64,000 nucleotides of DNA from NCBI RefSeq assembly GCF_009914755.1, contig NC_060942.1; one strand, 5' to 3'. The DNA comes from the human T2T-CHM13v2.0 reference genome, Homo sapiens. Position numbers and translations under genes: made by a program. Below the pieces are notes generated by a model. The model saw nothing but the letters and a program-made list of their open reading frames with translations, did no database searches and was not told where the DNA came from. Positions 15,794-28,083 of the stretch are shown here, piece by piece (the first letter of the stretch is position 1; each line of letters begins with the position of its first letter).

Positions 15794-16385
15794 CAGTGCA
15801 TCCCCTGTTCTGATGGGGTCTGGCTGCTGAATGAAGAGCAGCTTGAAAGGGGCCAAGAGTGGAATTTGCAGGAACAATGAAGGTGGCAACGCAGCCATCA
15901 GGGAGAGAGAGAGGAAGCCCTAGACAAGACTTGTCAAAAAGAAGGAGGAGTTGAAGATGACACCAAGATTCCTGTCTGAGTCTGGGTCGGATGACACACC
16001 ACGGAGATGAGAGAGCCTGAGCCTGGCTGAGGTGGGGGGCACAGCACGCACAGAGGTTACGGAGGCACAGCACGTGTATGCACATGTGTTTATGCATGTG
16101 TGCCTGTGAGAGAGGAGGGCAGGGATCATGCTCTCCTTTTGGGAAGTGCTATATTTGAGATGTTTCTGCAAACTCCAAGTACAGATGTCAAATAGACAAT
16201 GGGATGAATAAGTCTGAAGCTTAGAGGGAAGGTTTGTGAAAGATCATCATGGCAGAGCCATCAGCATATGGACGATGCTTAAAACCCAGTTAAAAAAAAA
16301 ATCCTAAGAGAGAGAGAGCACACACAAACAGGCAAGCGCATAGAGTAAGAACACAGGTCCCAAGACCTAAATCTCAGAAACTCTA

Positions 16386-16854
<469 letters not shown>

Positions 16855-17099
16855 TCAGAGTGGAGCACAGGATTCATCTACGGCCTTCATAAGTCTTTGA
16901 CTGGTGTTGAGAGCTGGGGAGGGATGCCCCAAACTGCAGAAGGCTGAGGGGTCATGGGGAGGGGAGCGGTGGAGTTCTCGTGTGTGGAAATCTCTTGAGG
17001 AGGTGAGTTCAGGAGGGGAGTGGAGAAACAGGACTGTAGCCGAGGGAAAATATGGCATCTAGAAGCTTTTGTCTGATTTTAGTGACTTATGGGTTTTGG

Positions 17100-17235
17100 T
17101 ACATTTGAATTGCATTGAACGTTGCAGGGCTTTCTCATACAGCACCCAAGTTGGCTCCGTGAACACCCCTGTGGTAGATAAGGCATGCATTCGTCCCAGT
17201 TTACTGAAGAGAAAACTGAAACGTGGAGAGAGGAA
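17100..17235 (-). mobile_element. MIR fragment
   Basis: CCCAGTTTACTGAAGAGAAAACTGAAAC. Confidence 0.55.
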
Positions 17236-17264
17236 GAAGCACTAGCACGCATGAAACATCGGAC

Positions 17265-17620
17265 GGGACCCCCAAAGACAGACCCACATCCCGACATCCA
17301 GAACCTCGGAACATGACCTGATGTGGAAAAGTGGTTTTCACAGATGTGATTGAGCATTTTGCGATAAGATCATCCCGGATGATCCAGGTGGGGGCTAAAT
17401 CCAATGATAAGTGTCCTTAGAAGAAATAGAAAAGAAGAAAAAAAAAAAGAAGAAGAAAGGAGAAACAGAGAAGAACACCATTGGATCACAGAACCAGAGG
17501 ATGGAGCAATATGGCCACAAGCCCAGGAAAGCCTGGAGCCCCCAAAGGTAAGAGGTAAGGCAGGATCCTCCCACAGAGCCTTTGGGGAAGCATGGCTCGG
17601 CCATACTTTCATTTCAAACT
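17265..17620 (+). mobile_element. MLT1 (B/C-like) MaLR LTR
   Basis: CAGATGTGATT...AAATCCAATGATAAGTGTCCTTAGAAGA...GCCACAAGCCCAGGAA...CAGAGCCT. Confidence 0.75.
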
Positions 17621-19817
17621 GCATTGATGTGTCTGGTGTTGCAAAGGTCTTAGCAAATAAAGGCTTACACCATAGCTACCCTGCCTCTGATCCCTGGAAC
17701 AACACCCTTTCTAATGACTATTTCTCAAGCCCCCTGCATGGGGTGTCATGGCAGGGCACAGCCATTGCCTCTGTTCTTCAGAAAGGAAGTTTGTGGACAA
17801 TGGGAAGATGAACGGCAGCGTTGTCAGGCGCTTGTCAGCACAATGGGCAGGGAGAACGCAGAATCCAGTAGGCAGCAGGAGAATCACCACCTTATTCTAG
17901 TGGGAAAACTTACCAAGAATAAGGACATGGTTCATAATCTACCTTGAAACTTTAAAAAAATAGTAATTTTACATGTTTAAAAAGTTGACATAGTTTTTAG
18001 TTCTCCCACACTCATAGTTTAATAAAAAGATGGTCTATGTACCAAATAAATAAAAATAGAGGTTGAGTTAATCCATTTATTTATTTTATTTTCTTTCATT
18101 CTCTCACTCAATGAAGACCAATTGGGTACAAAATGTTTCAAGTATCCAATTAGGCACTAGGAATAAAAGCAAAGAAGGATAAAAGACAATTCCTGTCATT
18201 TGAAACCCTACGTAGAAAGAGAAAGACATATGAAGTGGAAATATTCCTTCAAGTTTTTAAATTCATGTGTTTCAGTTTCATAGATAATGATAAAAGATGT
18301 ACTAAACAAAATATGTAAAATAGAGCATTATGGCTTTAGCCAATCAAGGTAGAGACTAGTAAACTCATTTAGTGAAAATGAGTCAAGGGAAATATATTGT
18401 CATTAGTGTGTATTTCTTGTGATAGTTTGGATTTCCAGATAATTCTGGTCTGATGTCATTCTATGACAGGAAGAGTGAGTCTTAATGGCAAGAATAAAGG
18501 ACAGGAATGTGGGCCAGGAATTGATCCATCATAAGAGGAAGGGCTAAGGAAGAGGTCGGGCCCCCAGAGAAAGGAGTGGAAGGAAGGGAAGTCATTTCCA
18601 GGCTGCTCGGGTGTTTGCCCTCTGCAAAGACCAAGGCCCTGCCTTCAGTCTTCCACCAAAACAGCAGCTCAGAGAGGGCTCGGACGGGCAACACTGCCAG
18701 GTGCTCTGTGTCACAGGGCACAGTGCAGGGTCAGCCTCGCCATGGTCACCCCCGTCACCATCGCCATCCCTGCCACCATCAAACCCTTCCCAGACACTGA
18801 CGTGCAAAATGAAAGAAAATCTTTTTAAACCTCTGACTTAAATGTTTATCTTCTAGGAAGATAGAACTAAAATGGTGCACGTGTCTGTAGCATTGCCTTG
18901 AAAATCATGTTTTGTGGTCTCTCCAGCAGATGGCAAGCCTGTGGTTGATACACTATATCCAATTTATTTTGAAATCCTCACAGAAACCAGCCAGCCTTGT
19001 TTGTAGCACAAATGTGTTCAGACATAAGAAGTGGAGTGAATCTAAGATGAAAAGCTGATGATCTGTGGGTTGGGATGACCGTGGGTCATTGATTACTGTA
19101 TGGACATGGAGGGAGGGTGGTAGGCTTCTGATGGGAAAGAAAATTGTCTTACAAAGGTGGACATGAAGTCGTTTTTGAATCCAAATAAATAAACAACAAA
19201 GACCTCAAAAAGCAAGGGTGGGTTGGGGGATATGGAAATAATCTTGAGCATCCCCAAGCTTGTCATGAACTTTTTACAAGTTATTTGGAAAAAAATTAAG
19301 CATATTAATTTGAAACTAGAAACCAACTTCTCACTTTTCCATAATCTGAGTAAACTGTTTGAACTTTGAGAGTTGATTTAGCCTTTTGATGTCAAAAATA
19401 AACGTCATACTATAAAACATGATATCTATCCATACAACACTCTCAACTATTGCTTTCAGCGTCTCTGCAGCTACCGACCCATCTGCCCATTGATTCCTCC
19501 CTCCATCATGCATTTGTTCTCATCCAAAGAACACTTTGCCTTCTGCTCGTTAAGCATGGCACCAGAAGATCTGGTGCAAGATAGATAAGCCACGATCTCT
19601 GAGGGCCTCAGACCCATTGAACACTAAACCGTAAATGATTTAGGAAAGCTGCGAGAAGTTATACTATGGGGTTCTTTAAAGGGTCTGAGGCATCATAAAC
19701 AAGGGAGTGATTGTCTTTGTAATGTGTCAGGGAAATGTTTCGGATTTTCCTGGGATAGAATGTGTGGGCTGGATCTCACAAAAGGAGAGAACAGCATATG
19801 CATCAAAGAGCAGAGGG

Positions 19818-21054
19818 TCTGCCAGGCAGCATTTATCCAGAGAAGCAGAAATGCCTACACATAGTCATAGACAGATGCAGATACATACACACACATACAC
19901 ACATGCATATACACACAGAGGCACAGGCACACAGATGCATACACACAGACACATAGACATGCATGCACAGACATGCACACAGAGACACATAGATGTGCAC
20001 ACACAGATATACACACAGATGCATACATGCATGTACAAATATGTATACACACAGATGCACAGATACACGGACAGGCATACACACATATGTATACACACAT
20101 ACACATATGCACAGAGGCATAGACACAGACACATAGTCATGTTCATACATGCAGACACACACAGAGATGCATACACACATACACATATACACATACATAC
20201 ACACACAGATGCATGCACACAGAGAGGCATATGCACAGACATACACAGATATGCATACACACATACACATATGCACAGAAACACAGATGCACAGCCATAC
20301 AAAGACACATAGCCATGCTCATACACACAGACACAGATGCATACACACACATACACATATGCATATACACACAGATGCACAAACACACACAGATGCATAC
20401 ACACAGACACATAGACATGCACACATAGACATACACACACAGATGCATACAAACACAGACACACACACATAAACATGCACACACTGATGCATAGAAACAC
20501 GTATACGTACATTCACGAACATGCATGTGTGTATGTAATTCTTATTAGATGCCTCATACACACACACATTTTTAAGGAGTTGTTATAGGGATTTGGCCAT
20601 ATGTCATTCTGGAGGCTGGTGGAGCAGTATCTGTAGCCTGTTGGCATAGCTGACGCTGAGCTGTAGTCCGCGAAGCAGGCAGTGGGGATACGGCTTTCAT
20701 GGGGACAGCAAGAGCACGTGGAGCCCACAGGCATGAGCCAGGAGACCACAAGACTGGCTGCGGTAGGGTCCTTGTTGCCTCTGCTGTTTATGTGGGTGCT
20801 GCAGAAGCCAGAGTTCTCTACCGCAGAGCTAGACACACATACAAGTGTACATGGGCATACATATGTGTGTGTGCCTGTGTCCCACCTGGCCCAGGAGTCA
20901 GAGCCTCCCAAGAACGCAGGAGGATCCACAGCTGAGCAGCAGCCTGCAGCTACCTCCCTCCCCGCCCCTACTCCTACCCCATGGGAAACGCAGAAGAAAG
21001 GGAATGCGCTACACAGTTGAGCCTGGGCAGGTTGACACATTTCACAGCCACCAC
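19818..21054 (-). mobile_element. MLT2-family (ERVL) LTR carrying an expanded internal microsatellite
   Basis: TCCAGAGAAGCAGAA before the repeat, TTATAGGGATTTGGCCATATGTCATTCTGGAGGCTGG after it, and terminal CAGGTTGACACAT...CCACCAC. Confidence 0.6.
19856..20568. repeat. Complex alternating purine-pyrimidine repeat (CA/CATA/CAGATG units)
   Basis: ~710 bp of ACAC/ATAC/AGAC/ATGC units; gives the His/Thr and Cys/Val ORFs. Confidence 0.95.
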
Positions 21055-21409
21055 TGTGGGTGAAGAGAAGGTGGCTACTGGGTGAGAACTGGCCACTGTG
21101 TTGCAGGGATAGTTGGGTTAAACAGATCAGGAAGGGCCTGTGTGCTTGGCAGAGGATCTGGAGGTCAGCCCGGAGCTGTTCACAGGCTCCTAGAAGAGTT
21201 TTAAGACATCACCGAGCATGGTCATTTTATAAGTTTTAGAAACGTAAAGTGTTTAGCAATATGGAGGAAGCAATGGAGAGACAGGGGCTGGTGTAGGGAG
21301 AGAACTAGATGCTTAATGTGATGGTCAAGGTGAGAAGTTCAAAGGGCTGAATGCGGCTCCGACAGCGGAGATGGACTGGCCGAGCTGCCAGGTCCTCCTT
21401 GCAGACAAG

Positions 21410-21570
21410 CGGCCTTGGGCAAGTTACTGATGCTCCCTCCGCCTCCGTCACCTTGCGGTTAAAAATGGGGAAAACGATAATATTTACACCTGAAGGTTAC
21501 TGTGAGCATTAAAGGAGATGATCCCTGCAAAGCGTCTTGGCAAGCAGCATTAGACAAATGCTACCCATTT
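21410..21570 (+). mobile_element. MIR
   Basis: CCTTGGGCAAGTTACT...AAAATGGGG...GGTTACTGTGAGCATTAAAGGAGAT. Confidence 0.7.
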
Positions 21571-22469
21571 TTGTTTGAACAGACATCAAGCTCCAAACCT
21601 TTTGTCTTAGTTGCAATCCTCCTTTCTTCCTCCTGCTAAAAGCCTAGGCATTTGAGACTCTCGGGTCTTTCACCTCAACTAAATCAATACTCAGAGAACA
21701 GCCTCGCTGGTGGAGAAGGGAAAGACAAAGTGAGAACTTGAAGTATTGGGGAGAGAGATCTGCTACTGTTTCAAAATATTCCCCCATTGCCTGTCATCTG
21801 TGAGATACTGAAGGATCCTAGGAAGGCTTCTGTATTATCACATACATTGATTTTAATTTATTGTATTTTAATTTGTTCACATTCATTATCTATTAATGAT
21901 CTATAGGGCAATCTTCTATTAAACATCATATTGAGTGAATATCACTTCCCTAAGTAGGTCCTATGATGACAATTCACCAAGGTTTCCAGAAAGCAAAAAA
22001 ATCTAATTTTGGAAGTATAAATTACTGAAAATATGGAAGTATTAATAGAACCTATTTGTGTGAAATTTTCCATAGTCTACTTTTCCTTAGTTTGTTAAAT
22101 GTCTGGGCATTTTGAAAGTCATAATGCTTTCTGCCCACTAAATTGTTTTGTATGTCATGGATCTAGATATTTTGGGTGGGCCAGTACAAAAACACTGAAA
22201 GTGAATATGAGTATTTTTTTCAAATGTGGTAAATAAGGGATTGTGTTGCCATTCAGAACACCTGGCTTCTAGTACCACCAGGATGGGACACTAGGCAAGT
22301 TCCTTAACCCTCCTGGAATTTGCATAGATTTTTCCTGAGATTCTTTGCATCTGTATATTATGCAACTGAGTCAATTCTCAATGTGTACAATGTCAAGGAA
22401 AGAGAAGGCATATCCAGGCTTCAGCCCATGCAACCTGTGAGCAGGGACACAGGAGCCATCGCCCAGGTC

Positions 22470-22620
22470 TGTGTCTTATTAGTGAACCCCTGAGCAAGTT
22501 ACTTACTCTCTGTAGACCTCACCTTTCCATCAAAAAGAATGAGCATGATAGTCATACACACTTCATAGGGCTGTTATGCTAGCAAATGCTAACTCATAAA
22601 TGCTTATTGATGTTATTATT
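22470..22620 (+). mobile_element. MIR
   Basis: CTGAGCAAGTTACTTACTCTCTG...CTTCATAGGGCTGTTATG. Confidence 0.65.
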
Positions 22621-23427
22621 TTTGCTTCCCATCTAAGGAAAGATTAACTTTATCGGAATCACTCACTCTCAAGAAGACTGAGTTTATGCTACCTGTAGAT
22701 AGCAAAAAGGAAGAAAAATTAAGATAACAGTTTTGGGACACCCTGTAGTTTACGAAGATGCCTAACTACTAGTCTATAGCTTAGTCACAGGAGGAAAATG
22801 ATTTGATTATAATTGGCAAGTATTTTTCCATTTCTTACCTGATCTTTAGTTGGCTAGATATTCCAACATATTAGGTAAAAGCCTAATTGTATAGTAAAAT
22901 TGTAGAGTAAACTGTACTAACCTTCTTTAAATTAAGCGTTGGCATTTTCTCTCTTTGTCTTCCCGTCTTCCTCATTTAGCTCATTCTTTTTATCAAACAT
23001 TTTCTAAGTTCTGCATAGCTCTCCAGAACAACAACAAAAAATCTTTATGTTTGGAAAGATCCACCATAGGTTTACAAGGGCTGTAGGAAGCTCTTAAACC
23101 ACAACATAAGTCCTCCTACAGCCCCAGCTGTGGAAAATTTCACCACTGAGAATGTCGTGCACTGCATTAGTGCATCCGAGTGTGAGGCAGTCTCTCCAAA
23201 CATGCGAATGTCGCGGTGGCGGTCTCAGCCTTCCCGTGGATCCTTCTACTCTTAGGTCCCTGAGAGTGCAAGCACTTTCAGGAATAGCAGAGGAAAGAGC
23301 AATCTGAAAAGTTGGTCTCCTGAGCAGCACAGGCCCCAAAAGGACACAGCAGGGGGAAATTCCAGAAAGCAGGAGAGTTTGTGCAGGAGAGGAGGTCAGC
23401 TTTTGAAGGACAGGGTTGGAGGCAAAC

Positions 23428-23630
23428 TACACGCGGTTGAATAATGTCCTTCACATTCACGCTCACCTGGAACCTGTGAATATGACTTTATTTGGAAATA
23501 GGGTCTTTGCAGATGTAATCAAATTAAAATGAGATCACACTGGGTTCCAGTGGGCCCAACTCCAATATGAGCGATGTCCTTGCAAGAAGACGAGAGACAC
23601 AAGTCTGGAGACACAGGGGGGTTTGCCATA
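23428..23630 (+). mobile_element. MLT1B-like LTR, 5' half
   Basis: GGTTGAATAATGTCC...GAACCTGTGAATATGACTTTATTTGGAAATAGGGTCTTTGCAGATGTAATCAA. Confidence 0.8.
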
Positions 23631-25851
23631 GAAAGAGGAGAAAGAAGGACACCAAATTCAGACTTTGAACACTGATTCTCAATGCTGGCATTGACTATTT
23701 CTAAACATTATGAATTTCCACAGGATCAGCATTAATTCTATCATCTAGTCCAAACATTACAATTCGCGGAATATACTTTTCCTTTATTGATGAGATATAT
23801 TAGGATAATAATGTGGTGTATTTTTCACATAAACTATATTTTGAGGCTAATATTATTTAGCAGATGATAAAAGATATGAAAACAGAAAATGCTCAAATAA
23901 ATCACCCAGTTTTTGAAAAATAAATCATCACTCTTAACTTGTTTTCCATGTTGCAGCCATATCCCATAGCTACACTTTCTCTAAAGCAATCTTGATAGGC
24001 ATGTAAGGAATGAAAAAAAGTTATTTTGATTCTCCTGTCCCCCTGGTGATTCATGTTTCTTTGTAAACTGAAATGTTGAGAGTCAAATAGATTGTATCAG
24101 AAAGAACAAAGTGGTTAAAGAAACAGAAGAGATAGAAAGATCTTGAAAGGTCTGAGGGACTGTTTGTAATGGATGCTATAGAGAGAACACTCTTCTTTAG
24201 AAATGTTTCTTTCCTAACACAAAAGAAATAAGAAAAACAGTTTTCAGTGGCCTGCATGACAAGATATAATGTCCCATCATGTCTATTAAGATCTCAGTGG
24301 TAATATGGGAGCATTGGCATTTAATAGAAACAGATTCTAGGTCAGGTGGTTTTTTAAAAATAGTTCTTTCCTTGCTTGGAAAGGAATGTGAGTTAGAGAG
24401 TAATCCATCAATCTTTTAGAGTGGTTTTAAACTTCTACCAGCCTGGAAAATTTCCCCCATACTTACCAGAAGTAAGACAATGACGTATCTGATGGCACTG
24501 AGCTTTAGTCATGAGTTTTATTTGGAAATGCTTTTCAAAGCTTTACTTGCCCTGTCTCAATTCTTTAAAATAGGGCTCATTTTATTGCATCTCTTGTTCT
24601 GAAGCTTATATCAATTTGTGTGTCTTGGATATGTGCAATTTTACTACAATTGACATAGATCTTTCTCTCACTGATTTACGGTATGATAAGCACCATGGAA
24701 CAGTGTGCTCCTCCTTCCAAGTTTCCAGCATATCCTAGGCCCAAGGCTGGTGGACGTGTGAGAATCTACGGCTTGAAAAATAGCTGTCAGGTTGCCATTC
24801 AGATTCGCTGCTGCTTTGACAGACAGGAAAAGTGGGAGTCAATGAAGTCTCAACAAATTCAAATACTTTATTCTACCTTTATTATAGCTTCTTAATTGCT
24901 CCAAGGGCCAGAATGCCAAAGGTAAAACTAAGTTAATAATAATGGTAGTAGTTAAAATAGATTGAGTTTTTTTTTTAATAATTAAACTTGGAGTGGTAAG
25001 AACTTTCCTGGACCCTGTATTGTTCTGTCTTCCCTAATATATGTGGAGGAGGAAGGGCTGAGCAACCAAAGAGAGGGTGCCCAGGTGAGAAGTATTGAAC
25101 AACTCTTCTTGCAATCAATCCTCCAGTGCTGACCTGCTTGCCTGTCAGCCCGTCATCTTAGCCGTGACCTTCCTGAAACTTCCCACCACCCCATCAGGGA
25201 AGGAAGAGAATAGTGGTTTTTCCAGCTGTGAGTGACTTGGGGAATTATGTTCACCAAGCCACTGGATTTGTGTTTCCTCACTGAGTCCAAGGAGCAAAGA
25301 GGCTCTCAAAGACAGGTCAGCCTTGAATTTGAGTCAGGTTTTCCTTGCCTTCTCCTTTTTTGGTATTCCCCTTTCTGGGGTACAGAGGCGTACTGAAATG
25401 TCTACGAGCTGGTAAACAAAAGAGAGGAACATGCAAACGGAAGAGGTGAGGTGAGAAGCATGGCTAGCCCCCCGTTTGAAGCATCGTCTCGTCGCTGGCT
25501 GAACCCTGGCTTTCCAGAAGGCACGCTGCCCTGCGTGCTCTTCTCCGCTGTCTGCAAGTCTTACATTTCTCTTTGAACGCTGCCCCTCAGTAAAGTGAAT
25601 CTTGGTGTGAAAACAGTGTCTGCCTCTCCCTCTCTACTTTACTGAAAATTTAAAAGAACGTTACTCCCCAATGCAACTTCTCAGTTGGCAAATACGGTGA
25701 AGTATATTTTCATCATTTACTCACCTTTGGATTTTATCTATCTATCAAATTTAGTCTGTGAATAAGCCAGGCAAAGCCTGTGCCTCATTCTTATTTCTGT
25801 ATGGTGCTTAGAAGACAGATCACACCGCACGTATGAAAATAATAACGGCAT

Positions 25852-26111
25852 GACCAGACATGGTGGCTCATGCCTGTAATCCCAGCACTTTGGGAGGCCG
25901 AGGTGGGCAGATCACAAGTTCAGGAATTGGAGAACAGCCCGGCCAGCAGTGAGCCGAGATCACTTCACTGCACTCCACCCGGGGTGACAGTGCAAGACTC
26001 CGTCAAAAAAAAAAAAAGAAGAAGAAGAAGAAAGAAACAAAGATAGAGAGAAAGAAAGAAAGAGAAAGAAAGAAGAGAGAAAGAAAGAAAGAGAGAGAGA
26101 AAGAGAGAGAG

Positions 26112-26158
<47 letters not shown>

Positions 26159-26289
26159 AAAGAAAAGAAGGGAGAAAAGAAAGAAAGAGAAAAGAAAGGA
26201 AGGGAAAAAAGAAAGAAAGAGAGAAAAGAAAGAAAGATAGAGAAAAAAGAAAGAGAGAAAAGAAAGAAAGAGAAAGAAAGAAAATAAAA
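25852..26289 (+). mobile_element. Internally deleted Alu with tail expanded into a (GAAA)n polypurine tract
   Basis: Left monomer ...CCCGGCCA is fused to right-monomer GCAGTGAGCCGAGATC. TSD GAAAATAATAACGGCAT (25835-25851) versus GAAAGTAATAACAGCAC (26290-26306). Confidence 0.9.
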
Positions 26290-26294
26290 GAAAG
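26004..26294 (+). repeat. GA-rich complex STR including perfect (GAAA)12 at 26113-26160
   Basis: ~290 bp almost entirely purine on the + strand. Confidence 0.95.
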
Positions 26295-27450
26295 TAATAA
26301 CAGCACACACATGAGGAGGTCATGAAGACACACTGCCGAGGCTAATGCTGAGAGGAATTCTGCGAAAGAAACTCAGTTCTTTACCCTTTCTTGATTCTTG
26401 CTAATATGAGGTGGGTGCTCGGGCTACTGGCACGAGGATGCACAGGGCTCTATAGGACGACTGAATTCAGCTGCCTGCACCCACCTGACTTCCTGGCTCG
26501 ACTGAAGGTGAAGGAGACAGCATTACTTTGGTTTCTGTGTTTGCCCAGTTATTGCTTGCAGACAGAGCACTGAAGTTCTGCTTTGGATTAAAAGCAAGGG
26601 GATGATTTCTCCCAGCCCACCCTCATTGTAAGGTGAAAGAACAAGGGTATTGGTACTTTCAGACAACCTCTCCCACGACCATCATATGCTAAAGTTTTTC
26701 AGAGCCTAAAGAGTTAGTTGATGTTTGTTGACTCATTGAAAACACAAACTAGATATGCTATGTGTAAGTCAACCTGAAGGGCCTTCCAGGATGGCAGATT
26801 TCCAGTGATATGAAACACAGTGTATTAGTCCTGCATGTCATCACCGCCCAGCCTCATCCAGATGTAAACTGTCACTAGGAGTGGCAATTAGCCACACTTC
26901 AAGTTCTATATTTCTAGATGTCTAGATGGCTTATTAAGCAGTTTTCTCCCCCAACATTAAATGTCCTATACATGCAACACATCGGCAGGAATTTATCTGT
27001 GGTGACTTTATTTCTTCTTTTATTTGCCTTCTTCCAAAAGGAATCTAAGCCAACCTACAAAAACATAAACAACATAACAAAATGACAGAAAATAAGTGGG
27101 TGAGGAAATTCTAGGAAAGAAAAATAAGGGTAAGTAAAATTAGTAACATGAGGTGCCGCAGCCTGCCTGATATCTGCGCCTTTTGGGGTTGGCTACAAAT
27201 ATGGCCGTAAGTGCGGTGGCCGCCAATCCAAAGAAAGGAATGTCACCACGTACATGACTTGTTGTGTTTTTTAAAAAAGAAATATTTGCTTGTAAGAAGC
27301 ATAATCATCTCTGCTACTACAATGAGTGAGAACTGTTTTTCATGCATGTACAGAAAAAAAGACACTGGGCAGTATGAGCCTCAGTTGCTTCCTAACATTA
27401 CACCTTACAATGTGCTTACGGGGCACATTTCTTAGAATATTCTTTCTGGG

Positions 27451-28083
27451 AAGATGGCTTTCTACATCCCCATGAGGAGCATCTGAGCAGGTAGGGCAGA
27501 TAGACCACCTTGGCCTAACGGCAAGAAGACACATGTGTCATAGATGCTGCTATTACCTGCCTAAGGAAATGCACCGAGTCTCATCCTGTGATGAGGGCTA
27601 TCTGAAGACAAAACATCAACTTGTTATTCAGTTAAAGCAATTCTACAGGGGCAGAAAAAAATGAGGTCGGGGTATGTGGGTCCCTGCTGGTCTAATTAAT
27701 CCAGAGGTAGATTTTAAAGTACCAAAAAGTTTGGATGACATGTCTTTCAGACCAGGCTCTTGGTGAGCCCGTAGCAGCAACGAGTTTGAAGTTATGCTTC
27801 TTGGGCAATACCTAATATGTGATTACTCTGTGTGGCTGATAAGGGCACAGCCACATGCTTTACTAGTCAGCTTCACTGGGAGGAGAATTAGGATCCTGTT
27901 AAAGCAGTCAAGGAGCCTGATGAGAACATGTGCCTGGCAATCTTGAAAGATGACTTTCTACATCCCCATGAGGAGCTTCTGAGCAAGTAGACCAGTGGAC
28001 CACCTTGGCCTAATGGAGAGAAGACACTTATGTCATCGATGCTGATATTACCCACCTGAGGAAATGCATGGAGTTTCATCTTG
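27451..28083 (+). repeat. Pair of ~137 bp direct repeats (27451-27588 and 27947-28083)
   Basis: Manual alignment gives about 20 mismatches and 1 gap (~85% identity). Confidence 0.9.

Noticed and set aside
19707-20567. Many overlapping 70-215 aa ORFs rich in His/Thr or Cys/Val/Tyr
   Set aside because: Translation artefacts of the purine-pyrimidine repeat, which lacks stop codons.
25960-26333. Phe/Leu/Ser-rich ORFs resembling membrane proteins
   Set aside because: Reverse translation of the (GAAA)n tract plus Alu.
27451-28083. CRISPR-like repeat-spacer or LTR-pair interpretation
   Set aside because: Only two long diverged copies in a mammalian context; no TG..CA ends, PBS, PPT or TSD seen.
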